DNA of 61,492 nt, the filler included, from Sphacelaria rigidula (taxonomy: Eukaryota), in NCBI GenBank assembly GCA_964200075.2. It is 9 parts of 9 records of this genome, joined end to end, with 100 filler letters (N's around TTAATTAATTAA, not from the genome) between each part and the next. Parts side by side here need not be neighbours in the genome. Positions count along the whole stretch, not along the records: positions 47,907 to 54,649 come from CAXNAA020018298.1; positions 54,750 to 61,492 come from CAXNAA020018299.1; 7 more parts are not named here. One strand, 5' to 3'. The notes below the pieces were generated by a model. That model saw only the letters and a list, made by a program, of their open reading frames with translations. It was not told where the DNA came from and searched no databases. Every line of letters begins with the position of its first letter. The stretch's first letter is position 1. The position numbers and the translations under genes were made by a program. This document shows positions 49,492 through 61,492 of this stretch, piece by piece.

Positions 49492-50300
49492 TATGGTTAA
49501 CTTCCAATGCTGCACGAGCCAGGTGTCAACATTTTGCGGTATATCCTTTTTGTGTTGATTTAATATTCAGCTGTTCAAACGTTGAATTCAATCACAAAAT
49601 CGGGGCGCTGGCTGAAAATACTGTAGCTCGATTAATCCGAAACGAAGGACAGCCAGGTAGGCGAGCAACCTCCAGCACTGCGTGTGTGGGTCGGAAACGA
49701 ACTGTTTCAGCTTCCGCATCTCATGCCATAGGTATGGGTAACATGTACAGCTTTGCTCAACTTTTCACGGCTTGAAACATTCTGCCAACAGCAACGCAGG
49801 GGTAAAAAGGTATTGTACACAGCGCGGTAGCATTGTACCCTGAAAATATACCTTATTTTGCGACAGCGGCTCATGAAAACGCACCCGAAGGGCAGAAATC
49901 TCTCTTCGACAATGGTCAAAAGAGAAAACGGCAATATCACAAGTGGGCTTGACGTAGGCATACAATTTGAAGAAGTGAGCCATGCCACAGCAGGGGTTGC
50001 ACATTTGGGCCCAGACGTTTCTTCTCAAGGGGCTTCTCAAGTAAGGAGCTAGGCAAGGATATAGGGCAGGACATTCCCGTTTCAAAGTTCACTCGAGATA
50101 TCCCTACGGGTCCATTGAAATGCTAATGGTGGCATGCTCACATATATTGAAAGTCGTTTTCATGGTGAGACAAAAACGCTTCTAATAATTCAAACCTGAT
50201 AAATATTGTTCGAACCCTTCCGTGGTATGACTCGAGTGCTCTGACCCCCCAGATGCGCTGTTTTATTAAAGCATACGTATTTCGTATATGTATGTAAATC

Positions 50301-50590
50301 TGCCGCGCCCGGGTGGTGTAATGGTCCGACTGTCGCCATGAGGGTGGAGAGAACGAGGGTTCGGTTCCCAATGTGTCATTTTTATTCTTCGTAGTGTGTG
50401 ATTTCCACCGTGAGTAAACAAAAGTAGTCGATGGAGAGTGTTTCACGTGAGTTGACGCGGTCCGGGAGTGCTGATAGTCATGACCCAATCCGCGAGACCA
50501 AAATGCAAGGCGTGTACCGGGGAGAGATGGGTTGATCCCTTGATACCACGGACTCGTCCCGAGGAAGGGTGTGGGGGTTCAAAGTGCGAT
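50301..50590 (+). mobile_element. tRNA-derived SINE family B
   Basis: A-box TGGTGTAATGG (50314-50324) and B-box-like GGTTCGGTTCC (50358-50368). Body shared with 11550-11850. Confidence 0.7.
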
Positions 50591-50983
50591 AAAAAAAATC
50601 ATACATGGCAGCGAGAAAGCCCTCGTCACAGTCAAAGTGGCTTCCTCGACAGGCGCTGGGGCTCCTTTACTGGTCGATTTGTCAGGTTCTAGTGCAGAAG
50701 TGGGATCTGCCATGCGCTCCCACAACCCGAGCAAACTACGGTCTGCAGCCCTCGCTGTTCATGTTTGTGCACCTCGTGGTATGTACCGTTTGCTCTAATT
50801 GCCACTTGAAAAGTCAAGTAGTATTGGACATATGAAAAGTAAGTAGTTACTGACCTACGTTAAAGACAAGGAACTTATACCCGGCATTCAAGTCTAAAAT
50901 AATGACTACGCACTGGTACACCAAATACAACTTGTATTCTGATACACACTGCACTCGCTCACGTGGCCAACTCACCCCGTGCC

Positions 50984-51028
<45 letters not shown>

Positions 51029-54000
51029 GGCCCTGCCCCCCCCCCCCCTCTCCCCACCTCTCGCGCCAACTACATNNNNNNNNNNCTGGTCCACCAAATA
51101 CAACTTGTATTCTGATACCCCCCCCCCCCCCTCACGTGGCCAACCCCCCCCGTGCCAACCCCCCCCCCCCCCCCTCCCCTGAATTGAATTTCGAGACCGG
51201 GGGGTTATGTTCCTTCACAAGTTCTCATAATATATAGATATAGATATATAGATACGCGCACAAGGTCCGCATATAAGAATCATTGTACATTAAGCAGCAA
51301 TTTTGCATGTTGATTTCTTCATCACGGTTGGACTAACCGCCGTGAAACTTGGCGTACTAGTCGGGATCAACAGAGGCAGCATGTGCACCAATCGGCGGCA
51401 CGTTCGGGCCGTGCACAAAAACAAGCAAAGCGATTCGCGATTGTTGGCAATTGATTGATTGATTTGATTGATTTCGCGCTTCAAGTGATCCCCCATCGAT
51501 CCAGCCGTGGTCATTATCCATATGATAAACATAACGAGACAAAAACAAAATTGTAACACTCGCTCAAGAAAAACGAAAAAAATACAGAAAAGGTGGATAC
51601 CGCTTTCTGGCAGCCCAGGCTTTGTACACCGTGAGTGCATGCATATCCGGACCCGCGGGTGCGCTAACTTCTACATCATGAGCAGCGGGGCGGCTGCTGC
51701 GCTGGTAAACAACGTCGGTCTGTCGGTCTGTGCTGGGACACCGTGTGGATAATGGCAATGTCCACAACACTCGAGTGCATATCGCCTGTAGAGGTGCTCC
51801 GTTCGGGAGGTATGACCGTACGCATGATGTCGGCGTTGCAAGGTGCTACAATTTCGGCCACATGTCATGTGAACCACAGTCAACAAGCCCATATTGCTGA
51901 ATTTGGGGTTGCACGTTGCAGCAGTGTGCAACGGGATTAAAAGAGGTCAGACCGAAAAAATATGTTTGTCTCGCTTATTTGGCTGCGTGATGTCCGCCTG
52001 ACTGCGTACTAACTTATGTACAACGTGAAAATCATCAATGCAGTATCGTTTAGAATTATCGTAGGTCGATTCTTGACGTTCTTATGCCTCCAAAATATAT
52101 CAGTTAGAAAATCTTCTCATCGTTTTCGGACGGATTTCTCAAATGTGTTTCCTTGTGGGACGGTCTCTCCGAGATAAGTTGTTGGAGAAGCGAAAAAGAT
52201 CTCGACAAACAAAATCTCTCATACAATCATCTGAGAAATATCTCCTCTCTTCAAAGTGGGTCATCAGAGTTGTTGGAGAAAATGACATGGCCGAAGACAC
52301 CTTCGTATGCACGCGACGGATAAGGAATACTAGTATGGGGTTCGGAAACTGTTTATATTGGTCTATAGTGACGAGGAGCTCATGGTAGTTGTGCATCAGC
52401 TTCACAACAACATGGCGACGATGATGAATCAGATGGCCGTCGCTGATAATACCACATTGTAGGTGGCGATCATCATCGGGGTCAAACAGCGATGGTCATT
52501 TCGACGACGAATTGGCGATTACTTCGGCCCTGCCCCATCCTCGCGATGCAATATATAATGGGTATACCATATTTCCGCCGCGCGATACGATGTATGCGCT
52601 ATTTTGTCCTTTTCACTGTCAGCGTGCAGTCTACAAGCCTGCAACCCATGATCAACTAAAAACCCGCCTTCGGAACGTCACGCCTGCCAGTCTGCGGGCA
52701 AAACTTGATATCGGTAAGAAGCGCTCGTGAGAAAAAGTTTGAGAATTGAATAATTTCTAAACACGAGTATCACGTTTTTCTCAAACTATTGAATTCTCGA
52801 ACTCCATAAGAACCGGCCTTACAGCACTCAAGATATCAAACCTAGGCCTTGTGCAGCGTTATTTCAGATCAATGCTATGGAGACGGTATTTTGGAAGTTT
52901 AGGCGTCCAGACACAGCGCACCTGGCGTCTGATGATGCTGAAACTTCAAGCGTAGGTTGAGGCCGCAGGTGGGTGTCGATGCAACAGTATCGGCGACCCA
53001 AGGCGTTTGGTGGGCTGCATGGGTCGAAAGAATGATTACGCACATGCAACCATTCATTTCGGAACATTTTTCAGTTTCTAAAGACAATCATAGAGGGTAC
53101 GATATGAAACCGGCGCGGAGGCAGCGGCAGATCTTGCTAGTACTGTCGTGTTACTCGGCCCGCTCATCGGTCGACGCTCGCAGTAACATAAGCACCGTTC
53201 GGGCTTGCCCATTTGTTTGAGGCTGCTGCTCTCAGCGTTCATATGCGTCTCGCGCTAAACGTGGCCGTGAAGCCGAGTCAAAGAGAACTATTGTGTCTTC
53301 TGCCAAGCACCATCATGAAGCTTCTCGGGACGGGGGCAACATCCTCTCACAAACTGTACGAGACCTTGAGTTGACAGTGTCACGACAGACTAACCACCAC
53401 GGGGCGGTTGCTCTTGTGCTCTATCATAATCAACCTTGTATTCTTGCTGACGGTTCTCCTAGCTGAATATCTTTGTCTTTCGCCGACATATATTTTGCGG
53501 AGTTCTTTACCGTTTCACTTGCACTCAGAATGCAACTGAGTGCAATTACTAATTTTCACGGATGGATCGTGGTTCGCGTCGAACAGTCCGTACGCAGTAT
53601 TGTAATACCGACTCGAAGCACACACATCCAACTGTGTCGTCAAATAGAGTCGGAGGATACAGGTACACCAAAACGCTTCCGACCTACATGGTGACATGCA
53701 TCGTTTGCCGCCCGGGCTCCTCAGCCACGGATGTAGTCTGTAGCGCTACCTTTCCATGCTGGGGCGGGTTTTCGGAGATGATCATCACTTGAAAAAATCA
53801 TTTTTGAAGAATGATTGCCCCCACAACGACCGGTTTTGGGCCTTATCGATAGCAGATTCATCCAGACCGAAGCCCAGATCTGCACATAGGTTCAGAAGTG
53901 CGGGGGTCTGGAAGTCGTCGTTAGTCCAACACCTCTGTACTGCTACAGACAAGACACAATAAGGCAACACAACACCTACATACCGAGCCCCCCCAAAATA

Positions 54001-54649
54001 CGCACAGACATCAACCACTTCGGTGTATTTGCTCTAGCGCTACTTCTTGCTCATCTACACACGGCAGTCCATGTTCGACGGATATCAGTCTAGAATAATT
54101 GGAAGGAAGGCAGCCGCGTGCGCGTCAAATTACAACCGAAAACGTGCCGTTGCTAACCGTTTGTGTACGTGTGCTGTGCGCGCGTCTCACGTAAACCATC
54201 ATTCCTCATTGAATTCTCAACAGATTTGACCAAGGTCACAAACAGTGTGCTCAGCTGATCAGTAGAGTTTACCACTCGGTAGTTACCTGATTTCAGTGTA
54301 GATAAAAAATCGGATCTTTAATTGGGGGTGCTGTGGTCCAGGCGTAATCCTAGCGTACACATAATGCGTTTTCATCTAAGGCCGCTTCTTATAGCCTGAA
54401 AAAAGTATCTGAGAAAAGTCGCTTTGGTCAGTCTCCAGAGACTTTTTCAGAACGCGACCGCATAGGGCCATTTTTCATTCAAGAAGTCTCTGGAAATTGT
54501 GGCCAGTTTCCAGACAGCGGGATTTTGACAAATCTCTCTACAAAAAATTCATCGATTCGCAGAGACTTTTCCCTGTCTGGGAATTGTCGTTCCATCATAC
54601 ATTCCTCGCACACCGCACCCGCAATGGTACAGTCAGTGCTCCATCACAC

Positions 54650-54749
54650 NNNNNNNNNNNNNNNNNNNNNNNNNNNNNNNNNNNNNNNNNNNNTTAATTA
54701 ATTAANNNNNNNNNNNNNNNNNNNNNNNNNNNNNNNNNNNNNNNNNNNN
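54650..54749. other. Artificial contig spacer
   Basis: 44 N + TTAATTAATTAA + 44 N. Confidence 0.99.
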
Positions 54750-55088
54750 TGCTGCTTTCAACGACGATCTGACTCTAAATTTCGAGCAACAAATGGCCCA
54801 AAATACGCCCCCCCCTATCGTAGGATGACTCGCATCACAATGCATCACTTTCCGGCACCAAAGAGGGAAAAGACGCGATTCGGGGATAGAACCTATCCCC
54901 GAAATTGCTGAACAAATTTGAGGATTCTTCTCCGTGTTCGACAACGCCGTACCGGACGAACACGTTCGTAGAGCTCTGTGTTTTCTGTTTGTTTAGAGCT
55001 ACCCAACCAAGTGGAATTAGTTTCGGCGTAATTCTCGCGATAAATTGGTGTTCGACGGATGTGACCGAGATATAATGAAACATGTTTG

Positions 55089-55130
<42 letters not shown>

Positions 55131-55309
55131 ACCCCCCCCCCAACCACCACCACCACCAACACCACAAAAACAGGCNNNNNNNNNNCCGGTTTGCTGCCCC
55201 CCCCCCCCCCCCTCCCCCCCCCCACACACACAAAATTCTCGCCAAAATCGACAATAATGACTACGATAACGGCAGCCGTAGCTCGCAGACAGCAGCGAGC
55301 ACGAAACAG

Positions 55310-55960
55310 AGCAAGCCAAGTAGCGAAAACTTTGCCGAATCTTTCTCGGCGATGACCTTCCACGCCCTGGTCCCTTGCGGAGTAACACCTACGGCGAAGA
55401 TATCCACGAGTGGCTGGTGTAGGAGCACGGTACAGAGTAATACGTCGAGTATCGGGTGATACACATAGCACGGGCATCACCTCTATCGGCGGTACTTGCA
55501 ACACCTCCACGGACAGTATAGGTAAGACCTCCATAAAGAGTAAGTGCAAACAGAACACGCCGAGACAGCAACGAGCAGGCAAACGCCAAGTGCTTTGTCG
55601 GCGAAGAACGCGGCGAAAATAATTCCGTTTCAAACGCAGCATGATTGAGAGTAGACAAACACCACTCGACAGTAACAGCCCCTGGCTCTAGCTCTAGACA
55701 CATGCGTTGTATCACATAAACGGAACGGCTCTTGACAGACACTGAAGCACCTGTCTCGTCAATGTTCCATCTGTCGTCGGTTGCTGGCTTCTCCTTGTCC
55801 ACGTAGTCCTCACAGGCCGCATTAAACTCCGGCATGCGATCTTCTTCGTCGGCCGCGCCACCCTGTCGCCCTCGTAGATGCGGTTGCTAGCCGCGGGTGC
55901 CTCCGAAGGAACAAGTCGAGTCATTTTCGACCTGAGCCTACTGTCGAGTCCTATGGCATA
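55310..55960 (-). mobile_element. pogo/Fot1-like transposase remnant with a spliceosomal intron
   Basis: GRK*LDLFLRRHPRLA ... DKEKPATDDRWNIDET-G|intron 55750-55389|VTPQGTRAWKVIAEK. Homologous to 13765-14540. Confidence 0.8.
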
Positions 55961-56248
55961 CGGGTGGCCACTGGGGTCTGTAACCTGGCCATTTGGGACC
56001 TTATCCACATCTGGTAAGGTCCGCGGATTAGGTGGACAACTGAAGAGCATTCGCACAGCATGGACAGGTTCGAAACAGAGCATGTTCCAGTCTACAGGGG
56101 AGTCACCCGCCTATAGACTGGGACATGTTTTGTTTCGATCCTGTCCATGCTGTGCGAATGCTCTTCAGTTGTCTACCCAACCCGCGGACCTTGCCAAAGG
56201 TGGATAAGGTCCCAAAATGGCCAGGTTACAGACCCCAGTGGCCACCCG
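55961..56248. mobile_element. mariner-like fold-back MITE (288 bp)
   Basis: TA|CGGGTGGCCACTGGGGTCTGTAACCTGGCCATTT ... AAATGGCCAGGTTACAGACCCCAGTGGCCACCCG|TG. Inverted arms of about 135 bp. Confidence 0.9.
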
Positions 56249-56249
56249 T

Positions 56250-59005
56250 GTGAACTAATTTTGGTAGGTACGTTCTCGTTCATAAGGGAGCTGTCTGACT
56301 CCTTAACTAGCGTCAAATATCCTACTTGAGCTTGTACTCCGGTCGACTGGCGTGTCATCTCGGCATTTCTGGCTGGTCTCACCGCATCCTTTCGCTGAGG
56401 CGTTGAATGAGTAACTCCTGAACTTCGTAAAGGTTCTGGCGTTGTTTTTCCGCCGTATTATTCAACGGTGGTGACTCTGCTTCCTGTGACACAGCGTCTA
56501 ATTCGGTGCGAGGCTCACGCCCAAAAAGTTGCTTGAATGGTGTGGGGTTACTTGGCAGTGATAGATCCGGGGTAGTGCGGTGAACCCATACTTCGGGATC
56601 TACGTACTCTTCCCACCTTTCAGGTCACTGCTCGCATAAATCGGCCAAGACATCGTGTAACCACCCTCCACATCTCTTCACTGCACCCTGACCGCAAGGG
56701 AAATCAGCCGGGCAATGATACAGCATCACCTTCATCAACTGGCATACATGGTTGACTACTTCCAAAGTGAACTCCCACCCAGGGTCACTCCTAAGGAAAT
56801 ATGGCATCCCGAACGTCAAGAACAGCTTGGCTACGGGTTCGGTAATCTTGGCCGCAAGCGGAAAAGCAAAGAGAAACTTGGTCGCCCTGTCTACTACAAC
56901 CAACAAGTACCTGTGTTGCCCGCAGTGGAGATCTATTTCATGTCGGATATGTCCACCTTTATCATCTCTCATGGCAGCAAGAACTGGGCTGGTCGCATGG
57001 CTATGTCATGACTATCAGTGCACTTACGTCGGCGATAGCCGCAAATTAGTACGTGCTTACGAGTGTCGGCGAAGAGGCCGGACCATTCGTAGCGTGCCCT
57101 GACTAGCGCAGTTGTTCTCATCACCCCGGCATGCCCGCACGTTATGTGCACTAATGTCAGCAAGACGGGAACCAGACTGCTTGGAGCACTCAACTCAGCT
57201 GGTGCTCTAGGAAATACATGCCGCAATAGGTCACAATCATGGAGAACATACGCCTCCTGCTCCTGACTGGTCTTTTCACTTTGATCTTTCCGAAGTGACA
57301 TATCCCTGGTGGGCTCCAGCCGCAAGTCCCCTTCTTGGAGCTGCGCTAGCCGCGGCTTATCCAAAATAAATGTTTTTGCATTATCGTGAACTGTTTCAGG
57401 TCTACTTTCATCATGCACCTGTGCCTCTCCAGTCGAAACTTCCTCACTATAGTCTACTTGCGCAGACCCCTGGCCGGAATATCGAGTCGACGAACGGGTA
57501 ACAGCGGCTCCCCAATTGTCCTGTACATCCCCTTCGTCATGTGACCACAGCGCTGCGAGCGCACTCAGACCCGCATCCACGTCATTTTAGGTCTGAGTTG
57601 GACTCAGCAAACCTCCAGCCTCCACGCTGGCCAGCGTCGCCTTCATCATCCAAGGGTGAACGAAACTCGCCACAATCTCCGGTATCGCACCGTCATCCAC
57701 TGTGGGCGGTGTATCGCAACAGCTGAGAGTCGTAGTCAGTCTTACACAATCGACCCTGTCCGGTTCGATCGCTTGTTTCCGTCCCCCGCCACATCGTCTT
57801 TGTGAGGCGTGAGTTCCTCGGGTTTTGGTCTTCCTCAATTCAATCGAGATCGAGACAACGTGGGCATCGGTTTCTGGAACGTGTGAATCGACCTGCCTTG
57901 TCCCGTCGGCTCCAAGATGTATGTCCCTGTCCGGCCCAACAGCCGTCCTAATCTGGGATAGGAGACTGCGTACGCTTCAAGGCGTCGGCTTCACGCTCGT
58001 GGTTGCATATCCCACCCATAATTAGCTTTTACTGCGACTGCATGGGTCCGTCTCTTCCGACAAAGTGTGTCCACTTGCACGGCTGAGACAGAAGCTTGCT
58101 CCGTGAAAAACCGCTCAATAAGGGAATAACGAGTTCCGCCCAGCTGGAAGAGCTCACCATCGCATCCGTGCCCTCCAAGATTAACGTTGTCACAGAAGCT
58201 GAAGAGAGGAATGTCTCGACTAACTCCTGGGTGGCAAGCACTGTTTCTGACACCGGAATGGTTCGATCGATTTGCATATCCCGAATCGCATCCCCTACAA
58301 GTACCTCTGGTTGCAATTCTTCCTCTAAATTGTGGAAAAAAACGACGTTCCGGAACGGTGCCTACCAACCGTACCCCGTTCCCAATCTGATTTACTCGAA
58401 CAAGATCCAGAAATTTCCAATCCGCATCAACGGCTGCTAACACTTCCAAGAACTATTCGGCAGCTACAATGCTTCCACCACCCCCACAACAAACAAGGGC
58501 GGTAGGTCGTCGCTTCGCGGGACCTGGTACCGAGAGTTCGGAGTTTGGTTGCTTCTTGTAGAAACAACACGCTGACCTCGTCTAGTGCTAGTGCCATGAC
58601 ATGTGCAGTTTCTTCGGGATACCCCGCCTTCTGTTCCTTTATAAGTACCCCATCCACTCTAAATCCCTGTGGTCCTCGTTCTCCGCGCGGTCCGTCTTCA
58701 GGAGTTTCCTCAGGAAATGACACATCAATCTCGGATGCCCTTTCTTGGCTGCCTGGCAACCGAGAAAGAGCACCCGGTAACTGGTGTTCTTGCCCAGCCC
58801 TCCACCTAAGGACTATGTCATACTCCATCAACCTCAGCGCCCATCGATGAAACTCCAGTGACAAGTTCTAACTGCAGAACAGCCACGTCAACGCGCTACA
58901 GTCCGTGAACAGAGTGAGCTCTCGACTCCATGCATAAATGAGATCGAAAGCGTTTTACAGACCACAACACCAAAACTACGTCTCTCTCCGTCGCCGTCTT
59001 ACCTT
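56250..59005 (-). mobile_element. Ty3/Gypsy LTR retrotransposon pol remnant (RNase H - DNMT-like insert - integrase)
   Basis: RNase H: FTDCSALTWLF..HRWALRLMEYDIVLRWRAG..H.LPGALSRL. Integrase Zn finger: H...GHAGVMRT..LVRARYEW..C. Integrase core: YLLVVVDRATKFLFAFPL, LRSDPGWEFT, GAVKR..GWL. Then HRTTPD..PF..LFGREP. Many stops and frameshifts; no LTR in view. Confidence 0.92.
57632..58506 (-). pseudogene. Degenerate C5-cytosine DNA methyltransferase-like domain inside Gypsy pol
   Basis: Colinear motif-like blocks: ALVCCGGGGS (I), EVLAAVDADW...VRVN (II), PEVLVGDA (IV position), LILEG (VI position), VSAVQVDTLCRKRR (VIII), GRSIHTFQKPMPTL (TRD), DCVRLTT (IX), IVASFVHPWMMKATL (X). Confidence 0.6.
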
Positions 59006-61492
59006 CATCAGTTCAAATGCGCGGAGAGGAACAGGCGGTTTTATGTCCAGCTGACCTTATCCATTCGGACGGTGTGTAAAACACGAATAGTGTTGCCGTA
59101 ATCGAGCTGCACCGAAAGGCGGGCGTAGAAAGTACAGCAACAGCTTCGTGGTATAGGAAACAAGCAAGCTTGGCCTCTTCTAGCGGCAAACGCCGAGAGC
59201 ACGGCGACAGCTGCATGGAGTGTTGAGCAGCATAGCGTTGCGTCATCATGCGGTGCAAGGATTCCGCGATTCAGCACTTTGTTGCTGTGGACTGCATATA
59301 GCTAGATTCAAGTTGTTTTATGCCGACTTAGTCTAAACCTGTACACCCATTCTGAAAAGTGAAAGATCTGACTGGTTAAGGGCTTGGATGTCAGCCACGC
59401 CCTAGCTTTTCATGTGGGGCTTTGGTTTTCCATGCACACCTCTGCCTCTATCAATGATCGGTTTGAAGATTCTCTCGTCGGTTATAGCTTGTTATGGTAA
59501 TAAGCAAGGTTGAATGCTCGTGTTTAGACGATGTTTCTAAACAGCTGCGTTGCCACGAAACGAGCGCGCGGCGGGACAGATAACCATATTTCTCGCCGTT
59601 GTTATACTGTACAAATAGATATATAAATAGAGAAACGTCAGGCCAGCTAACAATGTTGAAGCTCTGCTCGAAAAACACAGTCGCCAGATATCACATGAAG
59701 GTACGACTCACATACAACGATACAAAGGATACGCGGTTAGCAATGGATACAATAAGTTCCACCTCGATCACCATGCTCAGAGAGATGGGTAGCATTGGTC
59801 GTTCTCTAAATAACATTGCTCAAGCGCGAATCGCGAGATGATGAACACCGAAACTTTGCGGACAAACAAATATGTGGCTTTCACCATCGGACATGCACAC
59901 AACATGCGTAACCGGTCTGTCAGGTATTTTTATGACTCCCTCTATGTGAGAAGTGCAATCTTATTCTACTTTCCATCTTTCTGCGCGCAATCCCCGTTCC
60001 AATCACTACACCGTCGTATTTGACTTACCGTTTTCACGGCAAAGAGCAATCAACCCACGCACGGAATCCAGCGACAGGGTTGACAAGTCCAAGGCAGGAC
60101 ACGCACTCTGAACGTCAGGATGTCTTGAGCACAGCTTCAAGGCGATGATTTTCTTTTCCGTATCGGTGGTGTTGAGAAATCATTCAAGTTCAGCTTCGCT
60201 TTCGCCTTTCATAGGCGTCACCCAAGTCGATTATGTTTCGAAAAGGAACAGGAACCGAATCCTACTGTATGTAAGGAAGCATGTCTGTAACGGTCGTGGA
60301 CGGATACAATTACTCTCTACCCCGGACCAGGTTGCACCACCGGCAGCGCTAGACCAGACCTCCGGGTTCGCTAGTCGAATAGCTAGCTAGCCCGCCCACT
60401 TATTGATCCTCCACCACTACGCCGCGATCCATAGCAGAGTGGCAGCTGCAGCAGCAGTACGGAGACAAGGAAAAACATTACAGTTGAGACGATGCGAGAC
60501 GAGTGCAAAATTGAAATACGCTCGACCGAGGTGTGCCACTCCTGCCCTGAAAGTAGACTGTGTTCAGTGTTGAGCGATGCCACGCTGACCGCTTCATACC
60601 GTTCTATTCAGCTGCTGGTGAATACGTTCGAATGTTCTCACGGTAGCGTAGCAGCAGTGCAATCTGGAAAAGAGGGGGTGCCATTGAGACCATGTGACAT
60701 GCGTGCAAGATCAAAATATAGGGCTGTGAACTGGACCAGTCTGTACTGGCGATTAAACTGGAACTGGCGTGTAACCGGAACTGGTGATAGGGACTCCAGT
60801 TTATCCAGTTTATTTGAAGTTTGCCCTTACCGGCTATATTTATACCAATTTTAATACGGTGAAATTTTAGCAAAGATGCTTACATTATTACGAACAAAAT
60901 GGCAGTAGAATTGGGGCCTACACCTGACAGCAGTACAGGTGCAGACAGTACTCGTGGTACGAGTTGGACTAGCCTAGAAGCGGATTTGGAGTATTCAGGC
61001 CCATTCGCAGTTTACTACTTGGAGGTAGAATCTAAAATGGTATGGACGATCAATAGGGCATATTGAAAAACATCATGCATGGTTCCAAATTGTTTTTTCC
61101 ATGATTCAACAGCATTCTACTGAAACCTGAAAACTAAGTACGGAAGACACCCCTTTGCAGTGACATATCAGAGACTGATGCCACACATGTATGAAGAGCC
61201 AGCGCAAGCAGGGATGAGGCAGGAACGGTCCGGAATGGCCAAATCACCGAGGACCCTGTAATGCTAACGAAATCAGACAACTCGTGATGATGCCAGGAAA
61301 AAACTAACATTAGAACGGTCCAACATCCCCCGAGGAACTGATCGCCCTTGGCGACCACTTCTCGTCTGCACACATGGACAGATAGCACCCTATGGAGGGG
61401 GTCTTGTAGCCAAAATACACCAAGGCGTAGTAAATGTAGCATGTGTAGGATCCTGGATGATGACTAGGGGACAAGGGCATCCTGTGGATGAT

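Noticed and set aside
50305..50375. tRNA gene (also 29250-29318)
   Set aside because: The A/B boxes are degenerate, there is no convincing cloverleaf, and each is attached to a repeated body, so these are SINE heads.
50912..51180. Direct repeat of CCAAATACAACTTGTATTCTGATAC...CACGTGGCCAAC
   Set aside because: The copies flank a 10-N gap among poly-C runs, so they are probably unmerged overlapping ends. The same applies at 1090-1340 and 55080-55230.
6789..54705. Regularly spaced TTAATTAATTAA as a biological periodic repeat or CRISPR-like array
   Set aside because: It is always embedded in 44+44 N and stops all six frames, so it is an assembly linker.
54835..55459. Poly-Pro/poly-Gly ORFs (also near 1128, 13740, 20590, 22530, 34040, 50990)
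   Set aside because: These are translations of homopolymer G/C tracts whose lengths are unreliable; there is no coding evidence.
17906..58506. SAM-MTase, XPG nuclease and DNMT-like domain as one restriction-modification-like system
   Set aside because: They lie on three different unlinked contigs; their co-occurrence is an artefact of concatenation.
60032..60230. Possible minus-strand exon ending ...LIALCREN-G|GTAAGT
   Set aside because: It has an in-frame TGA and no recognisable homology, so it cannot be supported.

Overview
This is not one contiguous locus. It is nine unrelated contigs of 6744 or 6743 bp (1-6744, 6845-13588, 13689-20432, 20533-27276, 27377-34120, 34221-40963, 41064-47806, 47907-54649, 54750-61492), sorted by length and joined by an artificial 100-bp spacer (44 N + TTAATTAATTAA + 44 N). 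The DNA is eukaryotic, intron-rich and repeat-rich, most likely a brown alga (inference from gene structure and repeat style). Hand splicing recovers four partial host genes: 3-isopropylmalate dehydratase large subunit (5 exons), a secreted reprolysin/M12B-like metallopeptidase (8 exons), an SLC26/SulP anion transporter (6 exons) and one exon of a TTLL3/8-like tubulin glycylase. The rest is a dense set of MITEs, two tRNA-derived SINE families and decayed transposons. The most interesting signals are: (1) a Ty3/Gypsy pol remnant with a full-length but degenerate C5-cytosine DNA methyltransferase-like domain between RNase H and integrase; (2) a decayed XPG/PIN-nuclease plus Cys8 protein with the architecture of an Academ(X) transposon; (3) an intron-containing pogo/Fot1-like transposase present in two contigs; (4) a stop-containing orphan SAM-methyltransferase gene; and (5) two groups of MITEs with 4-bp TSDs (AACAATG and GAG termini). 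All protein family calls come from motif recognition by eye, with no database search.
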